A DNA stretch of 64,000 bases from Phoronis australis (Eukaryota; Animalia; Phoronida), in the NCBI GenBank assembly GCA_002633005.1, contig NMRA01000020.1, forward strand, positions 1,724,918 to 1,788,917, in the 5' to 3' direction. The notes under the pieces are model-generated. The model was given only the letters and a program-made list of their open reading frames with translations, was not told where the DNA came from and searched no databases. How positions within the stretch are numbered: position 1 is the stretch's first letter; each line of letters starts with the position of its first letter. Both the position numbers and the translations under genes were made by a program. Shown here piece by piece: positions 12,200 to 23,425 of the stretch.

Positions 12200-13720
12200 C
12201 TAGAATGCAATTGCGTATGCGCACTTAAAACTCTGCGCAGGGTGTATGCGCATGCATATTGAAGTATAAGCGCATTACATTGCATAAAAGTTTCATCCTT
12301 CGTGTGAAAGAGAGCGATTTCCCTGGTAACCATGAAAGAGCAAGAGTGAAAAATTAGAATGTCAATGGAAAATTGCACTTTATGACACAACACTTGCACC
12401 TATTTACTCCAAAGTGTGTGACTGAATTTAATTTACGAATGAAAATGATATACGTGTTTATGAAATGTCTAGCTCAGAAATCATTTTTGTACTGATTGAC
12501 CTTTGACCCAGAAATTCAGTTCAGTTGATCAGATCGAAACTCCGTGTATGTTCTGGGTGCTCTTATATGGCACCAAGCTGTTCACGAAATTTCCAGAAGA
12601 AATATAAAAAATTACAGAAGGAGAAGGTTTTGAATTAAACATACCGGTTGACATCTCAAGGGGTCCTTTAGTGCATTTTGGGTCATACCCGTATTATAGT
12701 TTTTGAATGGCAATTGGTTGAATCACCATGATTATAAACGCTCTCTCTAATACAACATGTAATTACGAAGTGATTGAAAAAGTCTGAGATTTAACAGAAA
12801 GCTGCACTAAATGACCAGAAAATTGCACCTAGTGACCCCAAAGTTTGTGATTGAACTTTATGAATCGTTATTATGTGTATGATTATGAAAGGTCTAGCTC
12901 AAACATCACTTTTGCACTTAATGACCTTTGACCCGGAAACTCGGTTCCCTTTATCCGTTTCAAATTCCTGGTAAACTAAGCATGCACTTCTCTAGTGCCT
13001 GCTTGTTATCAAAATTCGGAGAGTCTTTCTAAAAACCTGTCAAAGAAGAAGCAATTTGACGGAATGCACTCCTTGACCCGTTTCGGGTCAATCCGGTGCA
13101 TTTTGAGTGGAATCCATGTGATCAATATAATTTGAGAGGCAATTAGTTGAACCACCATGAACTTGAACGGTCTCCATAATCCATCATTTAAATACAAGCT
13201 GAATGAAAAAGTCTTAAAAAAGAAAACTGCACTAAATGACCAGAAATTTGCACCTAGTGACCCCAAAGTTTGTGATTGAACTTTATGAATGGTTATTATA
13301 TGTACATGCATGATTATGAAAGGTCTAGCTCAAACATCACTTTTGCATTTAATGACCTTTTACCCGGAAACCCGGTTCCCTTGATCCGATTAGAAATCTA
13401 AGTAAATTTTGGTTGTAATTCTCTGGTGCCTACTTGTTAACAAAATTCGAACAGCCTATCTAAAAACCTGTAGAAGAAGAAGCGTTTTAATCCAATGCAC
13501 TCATTGACCCGTTTTGGGTCATTGTGGTGCATTTTGGTCAAGAAATTATGATTAATAAAACCACTTGATCATCGTATCAAGGATTCTGAATGATTGTTGT
13601 GAACTAATGGATGCACATGTAAGAGTAATAACAATCTGAAAAGGGAGGACGAATAAGAATAAGAATAATAAGATAAAAAAGAAGAACAGTAAAACTCTGC
13701 GCTTGCACGCGCAGAGTAAT
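12200..13720 (-). mobile_element. HINE-like element, family 2
   Basis: On the minus strand: 5' hairpin actctgcgcgtgcaagcgcagagt, TTC/ATT microsatellite, internal repeats of about 430 bp (tgacctttgaccc or a near match at 12497, 12922 and 13353), 3' subTIR gcgcagagt, small hairpin and a CTAG end. A further partial unit lies at 13727-13975. Confidence 0.65.
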
Positions 13721-13975
13721 AATAAGAACAAGAGTGAAAAGTAAGAATATCAAAGGAAAATTGCACCAAATGACCCCACAGTTGCACCAAATGACCCCAC
13801 AGTTGCACCAATTGACTCCAAAGTTTGTGGCTGAATTTTCTTTACGAATGAAAAGTATATACGCGATTATACAACGGCTAGCTCAAAAATCATTTTTGCA
13901 CTTACTTACCTTTGACCGAGAAATTCGGTTCAGTTGATCAGATTAAAATTTCTAAGTAAGTTCTGTGTACACTTA

Positions 13976-16900
13976 CAGCACACATCACGAATTTTTGGCC
14001 GACCGGTCGGAAATTGGTCGACCACCGGCCGTCGACCGGTCGTCTAGCCGACCAGCAGCCGACCAACAACGGTCGGCTAGGAGCCGTCTACTGAGTCGCC
14101 TCTGTGGTCGGCACTTGGGTCGGCTAAGTGGTCGCCTAGCGTAGACGACCAATTCGGATTAAGCGTGTCCTTGGTCGGCAATTACCATTTTATGACTTAA
14201 CGGGTGAACTTTGGCCAAACAAACATTTTACTGTTCGCTGTTCGTTCACCACTGGCAACTCAGGTCTTGACATCGGTTTATAAACTTTTGTTCAACTATT
14301 GAAAGGAAATAAAATCGAATCAACCTACAAATACGAAGTGCGTGACATTACACCAGCCTAAAACTTTATGTTGAATTAATGACGGCGTGGTAAAATCAAA
14401 CGTTAAGTGATATCGCGGAAGCATAATTTCTAAATTTAGATATGAGACTTTTTATACAGTACATTTTGCACAAAAACAAGCACAAAATTTGAAATTTACA
14501 GTAAAATTGCATAACAATCAGAATACAACACTCAATACACGACCTCAAGTGTTTTCATGCAGCGGAATGCTCAACAAGCATCACGCATTTGCGCTCATCC
14601 GTTATTGCTCTTGATGATCACTTCATCACGCTGTATATTGCGATTTACCACAGATAATTATTGCTTATTTCTGTATAATTTCTTAATATGTTGGTACAGC
14701 AATAGAACCCAATTTTATTTTAGAAACAACATAAACAATGGTTTGAACATAGCGCCGATATTAAATCATGGGCGCATGAAAACGGAAGACTGATCGGTTT
14801 ATAGTGTCATCCATCATCCATCATCATTCAGAAATTGTTGTCACTTTCGCAGTAAAACATCTTTTCGAAACTAGAGCCTTCCTATGTAGCCAGCTAGTTG
14901 CATGAAGACTATTTTCAAAATACAGCAAGGTGCCACTGCTTATTGAGACCAAACAGACCTCGATACTTCACACAGCCCGGATAGTTACGTTTGTCACCTC
15001 GTCGAAAAGCTTGTATCAACATGAGCTCAAGACTGGCGGGTGTGCATGCAAAATCTGGAAGTCAATTGGCATTCAAGTTGCCCGTTACGGCCGTTTAAGT
15101 GAGAAACATCCGACGTCATCTTCTTGCGTAATTCTCTGCCTTTTTAACGAAAAAAACGTATATCGTCGTTTTGAAAAAAGTTCATTGTGACACGCGCCAC
15201 TTCCAAAATGTTTTCAACATCTCCCATTAGATGATGAACACATCTCAGCAAAATTTGTTCTAAAATTCGGTTCACTGATATCAAAATTCCAAAAACATAT
15301 AATGAAGTGAAACCAATTCTGATCATTTGTTGTGACGTTTACGTAACCTCGAGGGAGAACGTTTGATTGAAGAATCTGGGAAAAAGAAACTGGCTAAAAG
15401 GTGACGCAATATTTCATTGGGGCGAAAGTCGACGCATAAGATCACAACATAACTTTAGCAGCAGAATAATTGTAGAAAACCATTTTTTGCAACGCTGGTA
15501 AATAATTTAGTTTACTCTAGGAAGATTTTATTCGGTCAGTTTTTACCCACAATGGCGCAAATTTGTATATTTAATTTAGTAAACAGCTTCGCACCAAGGC
15601 TACAGCCTTCCGAGCCCTTTCGCGTAAGAACACAATACTTGGCGTTTCGCGTATACTCCAAGGGGTAAAACTTTGAAAATAATATTTTCGGGGTAACCTG
15701 GTACATGTAATCCTAAAAAAGTAGTCTGTGTTTTCATGTAGAGCGTAAAATGATTAACCCATTGATTCAAAAAGAACACTCTCGCAAACGAAAACGCACA
15801 CAATTTTCAGCTATATTACACTGGTTAAAAAACAACTTCTATAAGTTTATTGCATCGGATTCTAGTGATCACAGGGCAAGTCAAAACTCTTAAAGGGGCG
15901 CAATTTCAAACCTTTGGCATGAATCAGTGATATAAAAATGGAAATACATGTAGACCGACTTTAGTTCATCAGCAATCTAGACACAACAGTTACAGACACT
16001 CACTGCGTTTGTTAACGTCTTGTGGCAATGATAAAAATAATTTTTTCTACTATGATTGATAACAAGTTTTACTCTGATGAGGTATGATGCAATATGCACG
16101 TCTGATATGCAGAGTCAGCAGTTGCAAAAATATTTACTGGGTTTAATGAATCCGTTTGTTATGAACCACTGCAAAAGTATAATTACTAATTGTACATTCG
16201 AAGCACGCCTCATTAGAATAAAAACATACACATGCTTGATGATCCTGGGAGTACCTCTTTTACAGGCATGAATGAAGATATATAGTTGTTAAGCCATAGA
16301 GGATAATAAAGCTTAGATAATATCACACTGAGCCTTGTACACCAGGCATATACAAAGGATACAGTATTTCAAAAGAAGCCTCAACTACTCATTTTTCATA
16401 GTCAAAACTACTCATTTTTCATAGTATTACTAAATCACGAACACCTAGATTTATATTAGAAGTTACATAGTACGATGCTACACAACCTGCTCTCCCCCCA
16501 TTTATGGGAGGCCTAATTTGAAACATTTAACGACATATCTTTTCTATGCATGATTAAAACCAAGCAAAACATGCAAACTCTCCAGGACCAAAAATAAATA
16601 TCTCAAAACCAGACATTTTACTTAAGCAGGAATTAAAACAATCCAATACATTGAGATTGTTTTCACACAGAAGACCAAAGAGCAAATAAAGACCAAATTC
16701 ACCACGTCAAGACTGAAAATTTATCACATCAGCACCTATAATTTATCAAGTGAGGACCAAAAATTCTTCACTTCAGGATCAAAATAAAATACGACCGAAC
16801 TGAAAATTTAATAAGTCAGGTTCAAAAACTTACCATGTCAGTAACTTTCACGCCAGAACACCACGTCACCATCCCCAAGCATTGATCTTTCAAAGTGATA

Positions 16901-19752
16901 CTGTCCGTACTATACTAAACAAGGGCTATATATTCAACCTCTCGCCGACAACAGATATATTATCTTCGAAATGCGGTTGAATTTCTTTCGTCTAATCCAC
17001 GTTTTACAATAGATGCCAATGTATAGGTACACACTGGATTGTCATCATTGCATAATGGGTGATCACGTAGTCTCCGGGCATGAAAACAATTCTCTCCGGG
17101 CGTGATAAGTTTTCTAACGCAATAAATCCTGGTTGCCAATTGTTTTTGATTCTACAGAGATTTCAATTCCTGAATAGAAAATGTGTGTTCTGGATTTTTC
17201 CGCTTCAGCTTTCCATTCAGGTAACTAGTGCACAGCACAGTGTTTTTACTATCCCGTGCGGCTCCACTGCAACGAATCACTTCTCGTACAATCTTTCGTA
17301 AACGACATTTCTTAGGGGTAACAATTTTCCAAGAGCTATATATTCATTGGACAAGTTTCTGTTTGGTAATCGGTTTTATTTTCTGTCTCAGGTAGTCCTT
17401 GAGCTCATGCTCTGAATGTTTTGAAAACGCAACTCTTTATTTACGCAGATACGTTTTCCTCAGTGCTCGTGGGCACCGACTCGCTGAATTCCCCAACCAA
17501 ACATTTATTTTTGAAAATGCACTCAAAAGTGTAGTTAAAACACCGTGCTGATCATAGTCGTCAGTGCAGAAAAGCGAAATGAACAAATTTGTACACACTG
17601 CTCAAAGCACTTTTGTGGACATACGGAAACGCCAACGTCTCTGTCCTACAACTCTGCGTGTGCTTGGCATTTCTGATCAAAGCGCTCACATGCTAAGACT
17701 GAGCACCGTTTCAAAAAATTGTATTTTTTCTTACAACTGAGCACAGAATTATTATGCGATTTTAGGACTGAAACGGAACCAAATCTCGAGTGGTGACTCA
17801 TTAGAATGTGCAAAATTCGGGGAGGGGGGTGGCTGGCAATGCAAGCATGATTTTTTTATTTTCGCGCCAAACNCTGCAACGAATCACTTCTGGTACAATC
17901 TTTCGTGAACGACGTTCGTATTTTGCACATTTCTTCGGGGTAACAGTTTTCCAAGAGCTATATATTCATTGGACAAGTTTCTGTTTGGTAATCGGTTTTA
18001 TTTTATGTCTCAAGTGGTCCTTGAGCTCATGCTCTGAATGTTTTGAAAACGCAACTCTTTATTTACGTAGATACGTTTTCCTGCCCGTGGGCACCGACTC
18101 GCTGAATTCACCAACCAAACATTTATTTTTGAAAATGCACTCAAAAGTGTAGTCAAAACACCGTGTTGATCATAGTCGTCAGTGTAGAAAAGCGAAATGA
18201 ACAAATTTGTACACACTGCTCAAAGCACTTTTGTGGACATACGGAAACGCCAACGTCTCTGTCTTACAACTCTGCGTGTGCTTGGCTTTTCTGATCAAAG
18301 CGCTCTCATGCTGGAAACTTTATTAAGACTGAGCACTGTTTCAAAAAATTGTATTTTTTCTTACAGCTGAGCACAGAATTATTATGCGATTTTAGGACTG
18401 AAACGGAACCAAATCTCGAGTGGTGACACATTAGAATGTGCAAAATTCGGGGAGGGGGGTGGCTGGCAATACAAGAATGATTTTTTTTTATTTTCGCGCC
18501 AAACATGTAGTTACCACTTCTCATTCAGCGTCACTTGCTACCTGAGGTGGCCAAATCATACATGTACGCTATCAAGATCACCAGACGCTTTGCTTCTCAA
18601 AAGTGCACCTTTGTGTATTTTCTATCATTTTTTTTCCATCGCAATCGCTTTACAAAGTTTCCCGCACATATGCCGCGTAGAGACAAATACCTCTTCACCA
18701 CGTATTCACATCTTGCCCTTCACAATTGTTTTATTTTGCATAATTTGTCAATATGTTATTGACAGAACATATTTATTTTTGGAACAACGTGAACGACCAA
18801 CTGATAGGGGACTACGTGTATACATGTAACTGCTAGCCCAGATTTTAATGTCACCGATACACTGAAAACGGAATGCGCAAGGCTACTTTGCTGTAGCCTC
18901 AACAGTGGTGATGTCACCGTCTTAGTTCGTGGAAATCGTAACCATAATATGATTTCGAATTTCGAGCCATCGAAGTCCGTGGGTTTAGGGCATACTGGAC
19001 CTTGAATTTTGCGTCTGTACTGCAAGGGTCAATACTATGAAAATAAAATCCCTGGAGTGAGAGCTTTTCGCGGTGTAAGAACTCACTCACTAATCCATCA
19101 TCATGGGCGCGTGACGAGACCGGTGACTAACTTAAAAAACGCAAAAAGATGCAGTTTGGCGTTACACAAACAACTTGAAATCAACTGCGGGCGAAGACTG
19201 CTAAAATAGCTGCGTTTACAAAATGACTACAGCGTTGTATTGACCGGGAAGCAACCGATCTAATACATCCTGTTAACGTCACGAGTCAAATTAAAGATCA
19301 AATGTAAAGAAAACTTTCACGTTTTTCATCCAAAACTTGTTGCATTGTCCATAATCCAATGTTTACTATTACCGCTTGCCTTCAACCTTCGAATTAGTGG
19401 TATTACACAACCGACGTGAACTCATGTAACCGAGACAGTAAAACTAGGTTAATTTATTTGACCCTGTGCTAAGACGAATATGCATCGACACGCAAGTGGT
19501 ATCAGCCTGAAAACCTATTACGCAACTGCTACTCTAGCCTAAAAATAGCAGCCGACCAGCTGGTCGGCTGATGGCCGGTCGGCCAAAGGGTCGGCTGAAG
19601 GGTCGGCTGAGAAGTCGCCTTATGAGTCGGCACTGCGGGCGGCTGCCGGTCGGCTAATTTTTAGCCGACCGGTCGGCAAATTAGCCGACCGGTCGACGGC
19701 TAGTCGTCGACCAATTTCCGACCGGGCGGCCAAAAATTCGTGATGTGTGCTG
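13976..19752. mobile_element. Non-autonomous TIR DNA transposon with TA target-site duplication
   Basis: TA|CAGCACACATCACGAATTTTTGGCCG ... CGGCCAAAAATTCGTGATGTGTGCTG|TA, with clusters of subterminal GCCGACC/GGTCGGC motifs at both ends. No transposase recognised inside. Confidence 0.9.
17267..18503. repeat. Near-identical tandem duplication of about 610 bp joined at a single N (probable haplotype or assembly duplication)
   Basis: ctgcaacgaatcacttct...ttcgcgccaaac occurs at 17267-17872 and 17874-18504, with an N at 17873. Confidence 0.85.
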
Positions 19753-20379
19753 TAATAAGAAATAAAGGAAACATAAAAAATATTAGCACATCATATGAAA
19801 AAGAACAGCTTAAGTATTTTGTCGAAAATTTTGACAAGAAAATATTTTTGGCATATCTATAAACTGCTGTATGCATCCATTTATAAAAAATATGCACTGA
19901 ACAGGCAATATTCTAGTGGAGATATCACATGACCTTCGTGCACACTTCAATATAATCATCAGAAGTTAAACATATTTTGTTCTAGTACTTCTGAACAATA
20001 CACTAGAATTGACAATTAAGAGGGTATTACAATCCAATGGATTTATTTGAAGAAATCATCCATTATTTATTGTCTGCCATTCAATAATGGCAATGTGATA
20101 TGTGATACTGAGACGCAGGATAACAACGGCATCACAGTATCGTTGCCATTATTCAAGAATGCTGTTGACATCATGCAATAATAGAAGTTATGCAATGGAA
20201 CACTTTTGAAGCAATCTTAGACTCAGGCTGATGTCTGTATGTTTTAAGCAATTGAAAATGTAAATGTGGACAATTTATAAAATTCTTTATACTAATGTTT
20301 TGAAAACAAAAATGAGATAGCCTGTTAATTGCTCATTACACACCTGCCAACAACACTTACTGATGATACACCCACACCT

Positions 20380-21070
20380 CAAGTTTCACGGCTAACAATC
20401 TCAACGTATCCGCAATCTCGGATATTGTGGTGAAGGTATTTCCTGAAAACAACACAGATCCGGCCACCATAATGTTCCCCATGGCTGATTGCCCGATCAT
20501 TGGCTGGCTTTTCCACACTTAAGTGTTAGTGGTTGATGCATGGGGCCATAATGACGAACAAAGTCCCTCTATTTTTAACATCCAGCTCTACTATGGGATT
20601 ACTGCAGTTGGGGTCAACAATTCCTTTTGAGAGACAATTGCTTGGACGCTGAACCAAACACCAAGTACTGGAAGTTGGTGAAGGCACTGTCGACTGCTTA
20701 ATTCCATTGAAAATTCGTCCTCTTCCTCACTGTCCATGTCATCATCTGGTTGAAATGAAGACTCCAGAGACGAAAATTCTGAAGAGCTGTCGTCACTAGT
20801 GTTTTCTTCCTCTTCAGGTAATGGGGGATGCATACATGTAGGTTGATTGCAGCAAGGTGCAACACACTTCGGAGCTTCACCATTACAACATGAAGCTGCA
20901 CACTTAAAAGGGGGGGTGGTGGTGGCATTGGCGGTGTCTGCGTTGCAACAGTCACCATCACTGGACATGGCGGTAATGGCGCTCGTTCCTTTATACAACA
21001 CATTTCAGGCAGAGCTTCTTCATGCTGTGCTTCCTTCAACTCCTTTTCAGCCAATGGATGAGCCTAAAAT
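20380..21070 (-). pseudogene. Kolobok-type transposase fragment (acidic linker plus Cys/His-W-x-SQP region), frameshifted
   Basis: Minus-strand translation gives an acidic tract, then PNCSNPIVELDVKNRGTLFVIMAPCINH*, then after a frameshift VWKSQPMIGQSAMGNIMVAGSVLFSGNTFTTISEIA, a pattern I recognise from THAP-containing Kolobok transposases. Confidence 0.7.
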
Positions 21071-22344
21071 GTGACATCTAATCAAGGTTTTTTCAATTAA
21101 CTGACTATGAGCAACACTAATGAAAGATAAAAAATAATATGAAGTTTAAAATGTTTTATCATACAGCCCAATTTTAGACGAATGGGACTTTTAATGGCCA
21201 TGAAAGCATACTCTCAAATTCCGTTAGTTATTTGTTTTCAACAAATTGTAATGCATCTCAATACCTCCAATATCTCATGGCAATCTGTAACTGTATGCTA
21301 CCAAATATTCATGGGAAGCCAACTGTTTGGATTATTTTAGCTAAACTACATTTATGACAAGGCAAATTGAATTAATGCACCAGATGAAGAGTGACAAGCA
21401 ATTACTTACCATGGCAAATTAAAGTGATGCACCAGATGAAGTATGACAAGCAAACAGAGTAATTTTTTACATTTTTGATGTGAATTTAACCTATGACACC
21501 TCAAATCGAAAATGTGGTTATCATATTATCATAAGCATTCTTATCTAATATGCACTATAGCTATAAGTACTTAATATATCTTAAATATTCTTACTTAAAA
21601 ATCTTAAGAATGATTCCATTTAAAAACCATATGAAAATGAAAAATCACTATATACTCAAAAATTCATACAGAGCTAATACTTTGTGCATGTGTTGGGATG
21701 CTGGCCCAAAGTACATTGCTGCAATATTTGCACTCAATGACCTTTGGTTACCGAGATATGACCTATTTGGCTATAAAGGCATATTTTGCATTTTTTCATG
21801 TGAGTAAAACTGCATTTTTGGAACGACAAAAATCAGACTTGGAAATCTGGTGAAAAAGTTTGACACTGATGGTCATCAAGACTCATGTAAGGTAAGAAAA
21901 TGAAATTTGAAACACAATTGAATTTCCAGCAGGGGTGAAAATTCCGAGACCACTTTTCAGGCCAGTCACTAGTGGCACGATGTTGCTTAACCTGCCTGCT
22001 ATATCGGAATAGATTTGAAGTTGAAATTCTCTGTGTAGACATTTATAAGATTGAACTTTGATAATTGCTTTTAAAAAACTGATATATTTAGTGATGAGCA
22101 TGGCCCTCGAATTTGGGCATTTTTGTGATGTGGCCTTACTCTGACTGACAAGAGAATTGAGGCTGCTCTTTTAGTTTAGAGATATCACCTAAAATATATG
22201 ATCTAATATCAACAATGCAATATCACAAAAATTAAATTTCACTTTTGAGACCCCAATTTTCTAAAACACTCTATGCTTTGTTTAATTTTACCAATGGCAC
22301 TTTAGGGTTCGAGATTACATGCACTTCCTGTCACTGCAAGGAAT

Positions 22345-23272
22345 ATGGAGGAATTTTCTTCTTGTACATTTGGTTCATTTTCGTTGCATAAGTGTAATCG
22401 CGGAGGAAATGTGGCCTTCATTAGCTGTGTTAAAGACGTCAGAAGTCATCTGATGTCGTGCAAAGTGCCACAGAAGCTTGAAAGTATATCGGAATTACAG
22501 CTGATTCTTGCCGGAGCTGGAGATAGGAAGTTGGACTGGCAAACCAATGGAAATGCTGACACACTTTGAGTAACCGCCGATGGCATTCGAGCATGGAAGA
22601 CCTATAGAGTAGGGGAGGGAAAGCTTGTCATCAACAAATCGTGTAAACTGTTGCCTCTGAAAAGTCTTGACCTTGCAACACTTGAGTGTTTTTCAACTTC
22701 AAGGGTTGAGTCGGGGCTGGTATCCCGTGAACGTCATACAAAGCTCACATGCACACACTATGGGTGCTCGAAATATTTTCCTACAGATGCTGAGCTAAAT
22801 GACCACTTAGATGTTGGTGCTCATTCATCATCCCTCCAGAACGAGACTCAGATCGAACACATTTCAAGACAATCTGATATGTTATCTACTACCACAGCTG
22901 TACCATCACCTGAGTTGTCTGCCGTTTACGTTTTTGATCAAGTCACCGCAGGATTTGGCCCTGAAAAGTATTAGAAAAGCGGTCCGCTTCTCTGAGAAGG
23001 TAAAGACTTAACCCAGTGATATATTTCCTGAAGGTGAACAGTCAGGCAGAAAACAACAGCCATCTGAGGTTGTAAAGATGATGCGAGAAGCCAGGAATAA
23101 GCAAGGAAAAGTTTTCTCCTCTGAAGAATGGTTGTCGGAGCAGCAGATTGCTGGATTTTTCTCCCGTATGATTGCCGCGTCTCGAATCCGAAATATTCAG
23201 AATATTGAAGATGCTGATGCTGCCTCAAAGAATGATTTGGAATTTGAAGTCATGAATGAGTTATCAACATAA
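22345..23272 (+). pseudogene. Internally deleted DNA-transposase relic, probably Sola3-like
   Basis: N-terminal CVKDVRSHL...SELQLILAGAG; ADGIRAWKTYRVGEGKL; C2H2 finger CTHYGCSKYFPTDAELNDHLDVGAH; C-terminal LALKSIRKAVRFSEKVK...MREARNKQGKVFSSEEWLSEQQIAGFFSRM. The catalytic core is absent and the superfamily assignment is from motif memory. Confidence 0.55.
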
Positions 23273-23425
23273 ACTGTAGGAAATTATGAACATGTTTTAG
23301 TTGGTGTATATTACACATGCTGTGTTAAATCGTCAGCAGGGGAATGGATAAATTTTGACGACTTTACAGTCACAAGTACATCCAAGCCTCCCCTGGATGC
23401 CTACATTGCAATATATGAATTATAA
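23273..23425 (+). pseudogene. C-terminal His/Asp-box fragment of a ubiquitin-specific protease (peptidase C19)-like domain
   Basis: Translates ...GVYYTCCVKSSAGEWINFDDFTVTSTSKPPLDAYIAIYEL*, matching the USP pattern GHYTxxV...WxxFDDxxV...AYILFY. The catalytic His position reads TAT (Tyr). Confidence 0.6.

Larger units (their letters stand above)
640..12200. repeat. Degenerate tandem macro-repeat with a unit of about 2 kb, interrupted by HINE insertions
   Basis: Anchors recur in the same order: gccatcaa...ttga(t/c)ttggaaaag near 1302, 3328, 5116 and 10528; variants of tgatagtaaaacaacggtat near 1461, 3461, 5281, 10667 and 11164; ttgcactaacatact near 2152, 9395 and 11839. Boundaries are approximate. 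Confidence 0.8.

Noticed and set aside
17267-18503. Recent biological tandem duplication
   Set aside because: The copies join exactly at an N, so uncollapsed haplotypes are more likely.
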